Assembly: GCA_964541115.1 (NCBI GenBank)
Contig: CAZIPH010000012.1
Span: 5,588-69,587, forward strand
Length of the DNA: 64,000 bases
Direction of reading: 5' to 3'
From: an uncultured Salaquimonas sp.
Lineage (GTDB): Bacteria > Pseudomonadota > Alphaproteobacteria > Rhizobiales > Rhizobiaceae
Shown: positions 1 through 9,826 of the stretch, piece by piece
Layout of the letters: each line of letters starts with the position of its first letter
Position numbering within the stretch: position 1 is the first letter of the stretch
Translations under genes and position numbers: made by a program
The notes under the pieces: model-generated
The model's database searches: none
Seen by the model: the letters and a program-made list of their open reading frames with translations, nothing else
What the model was told of the DNA's origin: nothing

Positions 1-44
1 ATGTAGAGCAGATGCTGAAGCGGATCAGGGGATAGGCCATTACC

Positions 45-467
45 ATGTATGAATGGGTAAAAGTGGCGCATATCGTTTCTATAATCGCCTGGATGGCCGG
101 ACTTTTGTACCTGCCCCGGTTGATGGTCTATCATGTGGATGCGGAGGTCGGTAGTGCCCAGTCAGAGACCTTCAAGGTCATGGAGCGGCGGCTGCTGAAG
201 GCGATCATGACGCCGGCTATGCTGGCCAGCTGGATCTTCGGACTGTGGCTGATGGTGATTCTTGAAGCCTGGACTCAGGGCTGGTTCGTTTCCAAACTGT
301 TTTTGGTGATCGTGATGAGTGCGTTTCACATGTTCGCTGCCAAATGGGTCCGGGAATTTGCCAATGACCAGCGGATGCGGACTGGAAAATTCTTCCGTGT
401 GGCGAACGAAGTCCCGACCGTGATCATGATTGTTGTCGTGATACTGGTGATCGTAAAACCGTTTTGA
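45..467 (+). CDS. hemJ: Protoporphyrinogen IX oxidase HemJ (UPF0093/CopD-like membrane protein)
   Basis: 140-aa ORF with four hydrophobic helices. N-terminus WVKVAHIVSIIAWMAGLLYLPRLMVYH fits the HemJ family signature. Lies directly upstream of rho. Confidence 0.8.
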   Translation: MYEWVKVAHIVSIIAWMAGLLYLPRLMVYHVDAEVGSAQSETFKVMERRLLKAIMTPAMLASWIFGLWLMVILEAWTQGWFVSKLFLVIVMSAFHMFAAKWVREFANDQRMRTGKFFRVANEVPTVIMIVVVILVIVKPF

Positions 468-501
468 GAAGATCGCGTAATCTTTGTTGATCGCGAATCT
501 G

Positions 502-530
502 CTTGATATCGCCTGGCAAAATCAGTATCT
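502..530 (+). promoter_or_regulatory. Candidate sigma70 promoter for rho (CTTGAT-N17-GTATCT)
   Basis: CTTGAT at 502-507 and GTATCT at 525-530, compared with the rhizobial consensus CTTGAC-N17-CTATAT. It would give a leader of about 140 nt before the rho ATG at 674. Pattern match only. Confidence 0.25.
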
Positions 531-673
531 GACTCGAAAGCCGTTCTGGCTTTTCGCGGTCCGCAGCACCATGATGTGCCTTGTAGCCTTGTGACCGCTG
601 ATATCTCCCCCCTTAAGCAGGATTGTTCCAGGAGATTGGGTCAATCCGAAGTCATATGCCGGAAAGCAATCCC

Positions 674-1939
674 ATGGAACAAATGAAGCTTCAGGAACTG
701 AAAGCAAAATCACCCACCGATCTCGTAACCTTCGCTGAGGGTGTCGAGGTCGAGAACGCCAGCACGATGCGAAAGCAGGAGCTGATGTTCGCCATTCTTA
801 AAAGTCTGGCTGAGCAAGATGTTGAAATCATTGGAGAAGGCGTCGTCGAGGTGTTGCAGGACGGCTTCGGATTCTTGCGTTCAGCCAGTGCCAATTACCT
901 GCCGGGGCCTGATGACATTTATATCTCACCCTCCCAGATCAGGCGGTTTTCGCTGAAGACCGGTGATACGGTGGAAGGCCCGATCAGAAGCCCGAAAGAG
1001 GGTGAGCGCTATTTCGCCCTGCTCAAGGTCAATACAATCAATTTCGATGATCCCGAAAAGATCAAACACAAGATCCATTTCGATAATCTTACACCGCTTT
1101 ACCCGGACAAGCGCTTCAAGATGGAAATCGAGAATTCCCAGAGCAAGGATCTGTCGTCGAGGGTGATCGATCTGGTTGCCCCGCTCGGCAAGGGCCAGCG
1201 CGGCCTTATCGTTGCGCCGCCACGCACCGGCAAGACGGTTCTGCTGCAGAATATCGCGCATTCAATCACTGCCAATCATCCCGAAAGCTATCTGATCGTT
1301 CTTCTGATCGATGAGAGGCCAGAAGAGGTGACAGACATGCAGCGCTCGGTGAAGGGCGAAGTGGTTTCATCCACTTTTGACGAACCTGCTGTTCGCCACG
1401 TCCAGGTCGCCGAAATGGTGATCGAGAAGGCAAAACGCCTTGTCGAACATGGTCGTGACGTGGTGATTCTGCTCGATTCGATTACAAGGCTGGGTCGGGC
1501 CTACAACACCGTTGTACCATCATCAGGCAAGGTTCTGACCGGTGGTGTCGACGCCAATGCGCTACAGCGACCCAAGCGCTTCTTTGGCGCGGCCAGGAAT
1601 ATCGAGGAAGGCGGATCGCTTACCATCATCGCTACCGCGCTTATTGATACCGGCAGCCGGATGGATGAGGTGATCTTCGAGGAGTTCAAGGGTACGGGCA
1701 ATTCCGAAATCGTTCTTGATCGCAAGGTTGCCGACAAGCGTGTGTTCCCTTCCATGGATATCCTCAAATCCGGAACAAGGAAGGAAGACCTTCTGGTGCC
1801 CAAAGCTGATCTTGCCAAGATTTTCGTCCTGCGCAGGATTCTTTCCTCCATGGGAACCACTGATGCAATCGAGTTCCTGATCGACAAGCTGAAGCAGACG
1901 AAGAACAACAACGATTTCTTCGATACGATGAATACCTGA
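674..1939 (+). CDS. rho: Transcription termination factor Rho
   Basis: Walker A in [17 protein letters not shown]-terminal RNA-binding domain, C-terminal RecA-like domain. Starting at ATG 674 ([14 protein letters not shown]...) gives 421 aa, the usual Rho length as I recall it (from memory, not checked here). The track ORF start at 623 is probably overextended. Confidence 0.93.
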   Translation: MEQMKLQELKAKSPTDLVTFAEGVEVENASTMRKQELMFAILKSLAEQDVEIIGEGVVEVLQDGFGFLRSASANYLPGPDDIYISPSQIRRFSLKTGDTVEGPIRSPKEGERYFALLKVNTINFDDPEKIKHKIHFDNLTPLYPDKRFKMEIENSQSKDLSSRVIDLVAPLGKGQRGLIVAPPRTGKTVLLQNIAHSITANHPESYLIVLLIDERPEEVTDMQRSVKGEVVSSTFDEPAVRHVQVAEMVIEKAKRLVEHGRDVVILLDSITRLGRAYNTVVPSSGKVLTGGVDANALQRPKRFFGAARNIEEGGSLTIIATALIDTGSRMDEVIFEEFKGTGNSEIVLDRKVADKRVFPSMDILKSGTRKEDLLVPKADLAKIFVLRRILSSMGTTDAIEFLIDKLKQTKNNNDFFDTMNT

Positions 1940-1965
1940 TTTTTTGGGAATACCTGATAAAAGGG
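1930..1965 (+). repeat. Imperfect 18-bp tandem direct repeat spanning the rho stop codon
   Basis: GAATACCTGAT occurs at 1930-1940 (contains the rho TGA at 1937-1939) and again at 1948-1958, an in-frame period of 18 nt. Confidence 0.5.
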
Positions 1966-2024
1966 TTAATTCTTCGTTAGAGGCTTCAGGTCGATTCGGA
2001 TACGAAACCGGTAGCTGATCACAA

Positions 2025-3350
2025 ATGCCAGACAGTGATATCATTTATGCTCTTTCCAGCGGCGGCCTCCCAAGCGGGGTCGCCGTTATTCGTTTGTCGG
2101 GCCCGGGCAGTTTCGTGGTTGGGGAAGCATTTTGTGGCCTTCTGGGGGCGGACCGGCAGGCAGTCTTGCGGACGATACGCGATCCGGGTACCGGGTTCTT
2201 GCTGGATCAGGGGCTGGTATTGCCGTTTCGCGGGCCAGCCAGTTTTACGGGTGAAGATGTCGTCGAATTCCACGTGCATGGCGGAGTGGCGGTGGTTTCA
2301 GCTGTGCTGCAGGCGCTGTCGCGGTTCGAGAATTGCCGAATGGCCGAGGCGGGTGAATTTTCGCGGCGGGCATTCGAGAATGGACGGCTTGACCTGACAG
2401 AAGCAGAGGGGCTGGCAGATCTCGTTGCAGCCGAAAGCGAAGCGCAGCGGCAGATGGCAATTGCCCAGGCATCGGGGAAATTGAGCGGGATGCTGGAGAA
2501 CTGGCGCTCTCAAATCATTCGTGCCCGGGCCTTCATTGAAGCCGAGTTTGATTTTTCCGACGAGGAGGATGTTCCCGATAGCATGGTGGAGCGTGTGCGC
2601 GGAGAGATAGTTGGGCTGATTGGCGCGATAACTGAAAGTCTCGATCAGGCCCGGATTGGTGAGATGATCCGCGATGGTTTCAGGATCGCGCTGATGGGTC
2701 CGCCCAACGCCGGAAAATCCAGTTTACTGAATTCGCTCGCCAAACGGGATGTTGCTATTGTCAGCGATATCCCGGGTACAACGCGGGATGTTCTGGAGGT
2801 ACGCCTGGATATTGATGGGGCCCTGGTCATCCTCAGTGATACTGCGGGGATCCGTGAAAATGCTGATTTCATCGAGGCCATGGGCATAGAACGCGCCTTC
2901 AAACAGGCTGGAATGGCTGATTTGATCGTATGGCTGGATCCCGTTGACAACCCATACTCACCACCGGATCAGATTACTTCATGTGGTGTGGATGTTCTCT
3001 TGGTCCGCTCTAAGGCGGATGGTTCGGAATCTGTGGTATCAGATGATGTTTTATCAGTAAGTGTCAGGGTGGAAAGTGGTCTTGACAGGCTTATCGGGGA
3101 AATCCGCAGCATGACAGGTGCCATCGGCAACAGGGCGAGCACCGCGCTATTGAACAGGGAGCGGCACAAGTATGAGACCGGCAGATGCCTCGAGGAATTG
3201 AAGTTGGCCCAAAGCCTGATAGATGGGGACATGGTGGTTGCGTCAGAGCATTTGCGGCGGGCGGGCGACCATCTTGGCAGGCTGACGGGACGTGTGGATG
3301 TCGAGGATTTGCTTGACGTGATTTTTTCCGAGTTTTGTATTGGCAAATGA
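2025..3350 (+). CDS. mnmE: tRNA modification GTPase MnmE (TrmE)
   Basis: N-terminal IYALSSG...GVAVIRLSG, G-domain GPPNAGKSSLLN and DTAGIR, C-terminal FCIGK tail. Followed by mnmG. Confidence 0.95.
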   Translation: MPDSDIIYALSSGGLPSGVAVIRLSGPGSFVVGEAFCGLLGADRQAVLRTIRDPGTGFLLDQGLVLPFRGPASFTGEDVVEFHVHGGVAVVSAVLQALSRFENCRMAEAGEFSRRAFENGRLDLTEAEGLADLVAAESEAQRQMAIAQASGKLSGMLENWRSQIIRARAFIEAEFDFSDEEDVPDSMVERVRGEIVGLIGAITESLDQARIGEMIRDGFRIALMGPPNAGKSSLLNSLAKRDVAIVSDIPGTTRDVLEVRLDIDGALVILSDTAGIRENADFIEAMGIERAFKQAGMADLIVWLDPVDNPYSPPDQITSCGVDVLLVRSKADGSESVVSDDVLSVSVRVESGLDRLIGEIRSMTGAIGNRASTALLNRERHKYETGRCLEELKLAQSLIDGDMVVASEHLRRAGDHLGRLTGRVDVEDLLDVIFSEFCIGK

Positions 3351-3363
3351 TTCACGTGAAACA
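3348..3363. promoter_or_regulatory. parS (ParB-binding centromere-like site), 15/16 match
   Basis: TGATTCACGTGAAACA versus the consensus TGTTNCACGTGAAACA. Its first three bases are the mnmE TGA stop codon. Confidence 0.8.
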
Positions 3364-3397
3364 TTTTTGAGTTGAAATTCATGGTCGGCAGAAGCCA

Positions 3398-3413
3398 TGT
3401 TTCACGTGAAACA
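3398..3413. promoter_or_regulatory. parS (ParB-binding centromere-like site), perfect 16-bp palindrome
   Basis: TGTTTCACGTGAAACA in the mnmE-mnmG spacer, 50 bp centre-to-centre from the 3348 site, with parAB about 3 kb downstream. Confidence 0.9.
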
Positions 3414-3566
3414 AATTCGGCCTTACTGGTCCGTCCCGGTTATGATGCGGCGATTGCTTTACCACACGGACATATTTCTGTATGGACTCGGCGAAACCAG
3501 ACCAACAGAGGAATATTTCATCCCACGGAGTATTCCGGTGGAGCAGTGCTGGCAAAGGAGCCGGAA

Positions 3567-5468
3567 GTGTCTGACAACAAGGCAGGATTTGACGTTATCG
3601 TTGTGGGTGGTGGGCATGCCGGCACAGAGGCAGCCGCCGCTTCCGCACGCCTTGGTGCGCGCACGGCTCTCGTTACCCACAAGGCGGACACGATTGGTGT
3701 CATGTCCTGCAATCCTGCCATTGGCGGCCTTGGAAAGGGTCATCTTGTTCGCGAAGTGGATGCGCTGGATGGTCTGATGGGCCGGATTGCCGACCGTGGC
3801 GGGATCCAGTTCAGGCTTCTGAACCGCCGCAAGGGACCGGCTGTACGTGGCCCGAGGACGCAGGCGGACCGCAAGCTTTATCGTCTTGCCATGCAGGAAT
3901 CCATTGCTGCGACGGAAAATCTGACAGTGATCGAGGGGGCGGTTGGTGACATTCTCCTTGAGAATGGTGACGCCGCCGGAGTCATTCTGGAAGACGGTCG
4001 GGAAACGCGAGCGGGTGCCGTGGTTCTGACAACGGGAACTTTCCTGCGTGGCCTGATCCATATCGGGGAGAAGAAGATTCCTGCCGGGCGGATGGGTGAA
4101 GCCCCAGCGATGGGTCTGTCGGCAACGCTCGAGAAAGCGGGATTTGCCCTGTCACGCCTCAAGACCGGTACGCCGGCGCGTCTCGATGGAAGGACCATCG
4201 ACTGGGCTGGTCTCGAGATGCAGAAGGCGGATGAGGACCCTGTACCGTTCTCCAGCCTTACGGACAGGATTACGAACCCGCAGATCGAATGCGGCATTAC
4301 CCGGACAAATGACCGGACACATCGCATCATCGAGGAAAACCTGAAACGTTCTGCCATGTATTCCGGCCAGATTGCCGGGGTTGGCCCGCGCTATTGTCCA
4401 TCGGTGGAAGACAAGATTGTGAAGTTCGGGGACCGGGACGGCCACCAGATCTTTCTTGAGCCGGAGGGTCTCGACGATCACACTGTTTATCCCAACGGGA
4501 TATCGACTTCGCTTCCCGAGGATGTACAGGTTGCGTTCCTGGCCACAATTGCCGGATTGGAGAAAGCGGGCATCCTTCAGCCGGGTTACGCGATCGAATA
4601 TGACCATGTTGATCCGAGGGAATTGTATCCGACCCTGGAAACGCGCCGCATTGGCCGTTTTTACCTGGCTGGACAGATCAACGGGACGACCGGATATGAG
4701 GAGGCAGCTGCGCAGGGCCTTGTGGCAGGGCTGAATGCTGCGCGGCGCGCTTCGGGCTCCGAGCCCATGATCTTCAGTCGGACAAATTCCTATATCGGCG
4801 TGATGATTGACGACCTGACGACGCGAGGCGTCAGCGAACCCTACCGGATGTTTACCTCCCGGGCTGAATACCGGCTCAGCTTGCGTGCGGACAATGCCGA
4901 TCAGCGCCTGACGCCAATGGGTATTGAACTGGGCTGCGTGGGCAAAAGGCGGCAAGAGGTCTTTGCGCAATGGCGCTCGGAACTGGATTGGGCAACGAAC
5001 CTGCTGAAGGAATTGTCCCTGACGCCGAATGAGGCAGCTGAGCATGGTTTGAAAATCAAGCAGGATGGTGTCCGGCGCAGCGCTTTTGAACTCCTTTCCC
5101 ACGAGGAGATCTCGCTTGCGACGCTGGGCGGGATATGGCCGCAACTGAACGGGCTGAGCCCGGCCTGCGCGGAGCAGGTTTCGATCGAGGCAGGGTACGC
5201 AGTCTATCTCGAGCGTCAGGAGGCGGACATATCGGCCATGCGCCGGGAGGAGAACAGGGCAATCCCGGAAGACTTTGACTACCGTAGCCTGTCCGGGCTT
5301 TCCAACGAACTCATCCAGAAGCTGGAACGGGTGCGGCCGGTCAATCTTGGTCAGGCAAACAGGATTGACGGGATCACGCCAGCCGCGCTCACACTTATCC
5401 TGGCGCATCTCAAGAAGCGGTCTGGAACGGGCGCGTTTGACAGCGCAGAACCAGCGGTGGGTGCCTGA
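3567..5468 (+). CDS. mnmG: tRNA uridine 5-carboxymethylaminomethyl modification enzyme MnmG (GidA)
   Basis: FAD-binding motif [16 protein letters not shown] close to the N-terminus. Start placed at GTG 3567, preceded by AAGGAG (3555-3560, 6-nt spacer). The track ORF from 3372 runs through the parS spacer and is probably overextended; GTG 3546 is an alternative start. Confidence 0.93.
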   Translation: MSDNKAGFDVIVVGGGHAGTEAAAASARLGARTALVTHKADTIGVMSCNPAIGGLGKGHLVREVDALDGLMGRIADRGGIQFRLLNRRKGPAVRGPRTQADRKLYRLAMQESIAATENLTVIEGAVGDILLENGDAAGVILEDGRETRAGAVVLTTGTFLRGLIHIGEKKIPAGRMGEAPAMGLSATLEKAGFALSRLKTGTPARLDGRTIDWAGLEMQKADEDPVPFSSLTDRITNPQIECGITRTNDRTHRIIEENLKRSAMYSGQIAGVGPRYCPSVEDKIVKFGDRDGHQIFLEPEGLDDHTVYPNGISTSLPEDVQVAFLATIAGLEKAGILQPGYAIEYDHVDPRELYPTLETRRIGRFYLAGQINGTTGYEEAAAQGLVAGLNAARRASGSEPMIFSRTNSYIGVMIDDLTTRGVSEPYRMFTSRAEYRLSLRADNADQRLTPMGIELGCVGKRRQEVFAQWRSELDWATNLLKELSLTPNEAAEHGLKIKQDGVRRSAFELLSHEEISLATLGGIWPQLNGLSPACAEQVSIEAGYAVYLERQEADISAMRREENRAIPEDFDYRSLSGLSNELIQKLERVRPVNLGQANRIDGITPAALTLILAHLKKRSGTGAFDSAEPAVGA

Positions 5469-6208
5469 TGGCCTTGCATTCGCCTGCGAGGCTTGAAAAA
5501 CGTGCATCTCAGGAGACGGTACGCCAGCTCAATTCGATCACGCCCGTTTCACGTGAAACAATTGGGCGACTGGAGAATTATCACGAGCTCCTTTGTCAAT
5601 GGCAGGCCAAGACCAATCTTGTCTCACCCAACACGCTCGCGGACTACTGGACTCGCCATGTTGCTGACAGTGCCCAAGTGTTGCCGCTTGCAAGGCGATT
5701 GGATGGTTCGCTTCCACGGGCCTGGTTGGACCTGGGAAGTGGGGGAGGATTTCCCGGCCTGGTTCTGGCAATTCTGCTCGCTGATGAAAACTATGCTGCG
5801 AACCAAGGGGACGGTCCGTTTCAACTTGCATTGATTGAAAGCATCCAGAAAAAGTGTGCTTTCCTTCGCCGGGTCGTCGCGGAATGCGAAATACCGGCAG
5901 ATCGGGTGAAGACTGAAGTGGTTTGCGCCAGAATCGAGTCGGTTCCGGAACGGATGAGAAATGCAGATGTCGTCACGGCGAGGGCGCTTGCATCGCTGGA
6001 ACAATTGCTTGCATGGGCCGAGCCGGCGCTATCGCCTGACCGCCGGCCGCCGGCCAGGGCACTCTTCCACAAGGGCCGCGACTTTCAGAGGGAAATCGAA
6101 GAAAGCCGTGGTAGCTGGAAGTTTGATTTGATACACCATCCAAGCAGGATTGATCCGGAGTCGGTGGTCCTTGAAATAACCGGTGTGGAACCAGCAGGTT
6201 CGGTGTGA
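5468..6208 (+). CDS. rsmG: 16S rRNA (guanine527-N7)-methyltransferase RsmG (GidB)
   Basis: SAM-binding motif LDLGSGGGFPG and N-terminal PVSRET motif. The ATG overlaps the mnmG stop (TGATG). Confidence 0.9.
   Translation: MALHSPARLEKRASQETVRQLNSITPVSRETIGRLENYHELLCQWQAKTNLVSPNTLADYWTRHVADSAQVLPLARRLDGSLPRAWLDLGSGGGFPGLVLAILLADENYAANQGDGPFQLALIESIQKKCAFLRRVVAECEIPADRVKTEVVCARIESVPERMRNADVVTARALASLEQLLAWAEPALSPDRRPPARALFHKGRDFQREIEESRGSWKFDLIHHPSRIDPESVVLEITGVEPAGSV
5545..5560. promoter_or_regulatory. Intragenic parS, 15/16 match
   Basis: CGTTTCACGTGAAACA inside rsmG. In frame it encodes (P)VSRET. Confidence 0.75.
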
Positions 6209-6296
6209 ACTGCCTGTGACGGACAGGTATCTGCAGCCGGAATGTCCATGGCCGACCGGCACAGGCAAAGATAATTCACAGATGCGGTAGAAGCAA

Positions 6297-7100
6297 ATGG
6301 GCAGTCAAACAATCTCCAGGGTCCTGACCGTTGCCAACCAGAAGGGCGGCGTGGGCAAGACCACGACGACCATCAATCTGGCAACCGCGCTGGCAGCTGT
6401 GGGCAAGACGGTGCTGATCGTTGACCTCGATCCGCAGGGAAACGCCAGTACCGGTCTTGGCGTTGACCGCGAAGAGAGAAAGGTCTCGACAGCCGATGTT
6501 CTTCGCGGTGATGTTCCGCTCGACCAGGCTGTTGTCCAAACGGCTGTTCCGCGCCTTTATCTGGCGCCCTCGACGCTCGATCTTCTTGGCCTAGAGATGG
6601 AAATCGCCGCTTCGAGCGATCGTGCCTACCGGCTGCGAAAGTCGATAGAGGAATATAATCCTGAAAAGCGCGCCTTTGATTATATCATGATCGATTGCCC
6701 GCCATCGCTCAACCTGCTGACAATCAATGCCATGGCCGCTGCCCATGCATTGCTGGTTCCCTTGCAGACGGAGTTTTTCGCACTTGAAGGCTTGAGCCAG
6801 CTGCTTGAGACGATGAACCAGGTAAAGGCGGGCGTGAACCGCGATCTTTATCTGCACGGTATCATTCTTACCATGCATGATGCGCGCAACAATCTTGCCG
6901 CGCAGGTCGAGGCAGATGTCCGTGAACACATGGGCGAGAAGGTCTACCAGACGGTGATACCACGCAATGTGCGCCTGTCCGAGGCGCCTTCGCATGGCAA
7001 GCCGGCAATCCTGTATGACCTGAAATGCCAGGGTAGCCAGGCCTATCTGCGGCTTGCCTCGGAAGTTATTCGCAGGGAAAAGCAATTGACCGCCGCCTGA
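6297..7100 (+). CDS. parA: Chromosome partitioning ATPase ParA (Soj)
   Basis: Deviant Walker A in VANQKGGVGKTTTTINLA. 267 aa, directly upstream of parB. Confidence 0.95.
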   Translation: MGSQTISRVLTVANQKGGVGKTTTTINLATALAAVGKTVLIVDLDPQGNASTGLGVDREERKVSTADVLRGDVPLDQAVVQTAVPRLYLAPSTLDLLGLEMEIAASSDRAYRLRKSIEEYNPEKRAFDYIMIDCPPSLNLLTINAMAAAHALLVPLQTEFFALEGLSQLLETMNQVKAGVNRDLYLHGIILTMHDARNNLAAQVEADVREHMGEKVYQTVIPRNVRLSEAPSHGKPAILYDLKCQGSQAYLRLASEVIRREKQLTAA

Positions 7101-7152
7101 CGGTGGCAAGGAATGATGACAGCGGCAAAGGGATACTGCCAAGGCAGGGAGA

Positions 7153-8121
7153 ATGAAGATGAGTGAAGGTGGATCCAAGAAACGGCTGGGCAGGGGCCTT
7201 GCTGCATTGATCGGAGACCTTGATGAACCGGTAACGGTAACTGCAGGCAGGGATGCGGCCGGCGAAAAGATCTCAAGCGAGATTGCCGAGGCCGGCCTGC
7301 GGGTTGACCGCAAGGTTGCAATCGAGCTCATCCGTGCCAATCCGAACAATCCGCGTCGCCATTTTGCCGAAGAACAACTGGATGATCTTGCCCGCTCGAT
7401 CAGCGAACACGGCATTGTCCAGCCGATCCTGGTGCGGACCGTACGGGACGGCGATCTCGGCGGCGCCAAATACGAGATCATTGCCGGTGAGCGCCGCTGG
7501 CGTGCAGCTCAAAAGGCCGCGCTTCACGAAGTGCCGATCATCGTACGCGACGTGGATGACAAGGAAGCGCTTGAGCTGGCGATCATCGAGAACGTCCAGC
7601 GTGCAGACCTCAACCCGGTGGAAGAGGCGCTTGGATACCAGCAACTGATCGATGAATATGATTACACCCAGGCAGATCTTGGTACGGTGATTGGCAAGAG
7701 CCGCAGTCACGTTGCCAACACGCTCCGCCTTCTCAAATTGCCAGATGAAGTCCGGAAGCATGTTTCATCCGGTGCATTGTCAGCGGGTCATGCACGGGCG
7801 CTGGTGACCAGTGAAAATCCCGCAGCGCTGGCAAGGAAGATCATCTCCGAGGGTCTGTCCGTTCGCCAGGCCGAGGACATGGCGCAGGCACAACTCACCG
7901 CCGCCAGCAGAGAGGATGGCAAGCGCGCGCCGGAAACGAAAAGCCTCGACTTCAAGTCCGCTGATACCAAGGCACTCGAAAAAAGGATCAGCGATGTCCT
8001 GGGCATGGCCGTTGACATCCGCCACCGCGATGATCCGAAGACGGGTGGCAGGGGCGAAATCAGGGTGCGTTATTCGAGCCTTGACCAGCTGGAAGCGGTT
8101 TGTGCCAAACTGGAAAAATAG
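7153..8121 (+). CDS. parB: Chromosome partitioning protein ParB (Spo0J)
   Basis: N-terminal RLGRGLAALIG, ParB-box IIAGERRWRAAQ, and an HTH region. ATG 7159 is an alternative start. Confidence 0.95.
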   Translation: MKMSEGGSKKRLGRGLAALIGDLDEPVTVTAGRDAAGEKISSEIAEAGLRVDRKVAIELIRANPNNPRRHFAEEQLDDLARSISEHGIVQPILVRTVRDGDLGGAKYEIIAGERRWRAAQKAALHEVPIIVRDVDDKEALELAIIENVQRADLNPVEEALGYQQLIDEYDYTQADLGTVIGKSRSHVANTLRLLKLPDEVRKHVSSGALSAGHARALVTSENPAALARKIISEGLSVRQAEDMAQAQLTAASREDGKRAPETKSLDFKSADTKALEKRISDVLGMAVDIRHRDDPKTGGRGEIRVRYSSLDQLEAVCAKLEK

Positions 8122-8158
8122 GCATTTTGCGAGGCCTTGTTCTGTGAAACACCTGGCC

Positions 8159-9193
8159 TCAGTTTGCTGAGCGAACGAGCAGCAGACTGGCCAACAGGCT
8201 GGTTCCGGCAATCGATGATGCGAGTTCGGGTTTCGAGCGTGCATCAAAGGCAGCCTTTTCCAGGCGCGCAAGTATCTTCTCGATCATCCGCGTATCAAGG
8301 CCCGACAGGGCACGCCCGATGATGGCCTTGCGCTTGTAGAAAACAGGCGGCCTTGCCCCGTCCACGACCGCACTTGTTCCAAGGCGATATGTTTCCATCC
8401 TGCCGCGTAATTCATGCAGAAGCTGAAAATGACGGAGCGTGTTCAGGATCAGCATGTCCGGGGAAAGACCTTCAAGTAGCACGCGCTCGAAATTCTTCTC
8501 GAATGCTTCCATGTTGCCGGCTGATACAGCATCGATGAGTTCGTTGACATCAACAATGGAAGCGTCGCCGACAATCGCGGTCACATGGTCCTTTGTGACA
8601 CGGGTTTCGCCATGGGCATAGAGGGCAAGTTTCTTCAGTTCGTTTCGACTGGCCTGGCGGTCTGAACCCAGATAACCCCTGAGATAATCCTGAAGCTCGC
8701 GGTCCACCGCAAAACCCTTGTCGGTCAGTTCTTCGCGGATCAACTGGTTGAGTGCGGCGGCCTCGTCCTGGTAGCAGGGAAGTGCCATTGCGTGGGGCGA
8801 TTTTTCGATCAGGCCGCGCAGGCCTGTGCTGCCTTTCAGATCGCCTGCCTCAATGATGATCCAGGCATCCTGCGGCTTTTGTTCAAGAAGCGGTTTGACG
8901 GCATCGGCGAGATTGCGTCGCGTGGTCCCGCTGACGCGGATCAGGCGATCGCCACCGAACATTCCAACCGTGAAAGCCTCATCGACAAGGCGCGCCTTGT
9001 CAGCGGCAACATCGTCGGCATCGAGGCGAATGGTCGAAAAGGAGTCGAATGGATCGACTCCGGAAGCGGCGGCAAGCTTGTCCGCCCTTTCGCTTACCAG
9101 ACCCGCATCGGGACCATAGACCAGCAATACCCGGAATTTTGTATCAGGCCGCTCCACCCAGCGTTCGACTTCGTGATTCTTGAGCGAAGCCAT
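8159..9193 (-). CDS. holA: DNA polymerase III subunit delta
   Basis: 344-aa ORF in the conserved leuS-lptE-holA arrangement. Its ATG overlaps the lptE stop (TAATG at 9191-9195). Confidence 0.8.
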   Translation of the reverse strand: MASLKNHEVERWVERPDTKFRVLLVYGPDAGLVSERADKLAAASGVDPFDSFSTIRLDADDVAADKARLVDEAFTVGMFGGDRLIRVSGTTRRNLADAVKPLLEQKPQDAWIIIEAGDLKGSTGLRGLIEKSPHAMALPCYQDEAAALNQLIREELTDKGFAVDRELQDYLRGYLGSDRQASRNELKKLALYAHGETRVTKDHVTAIVGDASIVDVNELIDAVSAGNMEAFEKNFERVLLEGLSPDMLILNTLRHFQLLHELRGRMETYRLGTSAVVDGARPPVFYKRKAIIGRALSGLDTRMIEKILARLEKAAFDARSKPELASSIAGTSLLASLLLVRSAN

Positions 9194-9780
9194 TACAGGC
9201 GGGAGACGTCGCTACCGATTGCCAGGCGCAGCTGCTCGGCAATTTCGCGGGCCGCGCGGCTTTCCGCATCGCGCTCTGCGCGCTGGGCAGCGAATGACTG
9301 GCTCTTTCTGTCGAATGGCGCATTTGTGGTCCGCGTGCCGGTCGCGATGACCCGTTCTGCGGCGATGTCATACAGATCGTAACTTGCGGTAACCTGGACA
9401 GAGCCGGCGGTATTTCCGCTGGGGTTCCGTCTTGCATTGCCGGTTTCGATTGCACCGGCGATTGCACCGGCAAGTACGGTGGTTGTGCTGGTCACACGAA
9501 TACGAACCTCATGGCTAGGATCGACCGGGCTTGAACCGCCGCTCAACAGGAATATCAGATGGTTCCTGACCTGCTGGCCAGCCCTGCTGCCAACTTCTGC
9601 GACAGAAATCCGCGAAAGGGCCAGATTCTGGTTACCAACAGTCCCGGCATCGCTGGAATAAAGCGGCTGAAACTGGCAGGCGGAAATGCCGAAAGCCAAT
9701 GCCCCCATCATCACGGCGATTGCCAGGCTTCTGGTGCGTTTTCTTGTTACGGGCATTTGCGTTTCCTGATTGATCCACAT
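9193..9780 (-). CDS. lptE: LPS-assembly lipoprotein LptE
   Basis: Lipoprotein signal with lipobox ALAFGISAC. Positioned between leuS and holA as in E. coli. The true start may be ATG 9756 (MPVTRKR...). Confidence 0.7.
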   Translation of the reverse strand: MWINQETQMPVTRKRTRSLAIAVMMGALAFGISACQFQPLYSSDAGTVGNQNLALSRISVAEVGSRAGQQVRNHLIFLLSGGSSPVDPSHEVRIRVTSTTTVLAGAIAGAIETGNARRNPSGNTAGSVQVTASYDLYDIAAERVIATGTRTTNAPFDRKSQSFAAQRAERDAESRAAREIAEQLRLAIGSDVSRL

Positions 9781-9826
9781 CTGGTTGCCAGTCTTCTACA
9801 CGTACCGGTGTTTCACATCATACCGG

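Noticed and set aside
1-35. Possible 3' end of an upstream plus-strand gene (frame ending ...VEQMLKRIRG, stop TAG at 33-35).
   Set aside because: Only 11 codons are visible, which is too short to support a call or an identity.
1966-1980. CtrA-like TTAA-N7-TTAG upstream of mnmE.
   Set aside because: The second half-site is imperfect and the extended TTAACCAT motif seen at the two accepted boxes is missing.
3372-3777. The 5' extension of the mnmG ORF (from TTG 3372) and the 126-aa ORF starting MFHVKQ at 3397; similarly the ORF at 5493-5834.
   Set aside because: The ATG and FHVK/VSRET codons are by-products of the parS palindrome GTTTCACGTGAAAC read in either direction. A GTG with a strong AAGGAG RBS at 3567 places the conserved FAD motif at the normal distance from the N-terminus.
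9771-9779. DnaA-box-like 9-mers (TGATCCACA at 9771-9779; TAATCCACA at 40157-40165), and the possibility that oriC lies in the window.
   Set aside because: Both are single sites inside coding sequence, with no cluster of boxes and no adjacent AT-rich unwinding element. The only AT-rich spacers (about 21720-21850 and about 57985-58060) lack DnaA boxes. The origin is probably outside, likely upstream of position 1.
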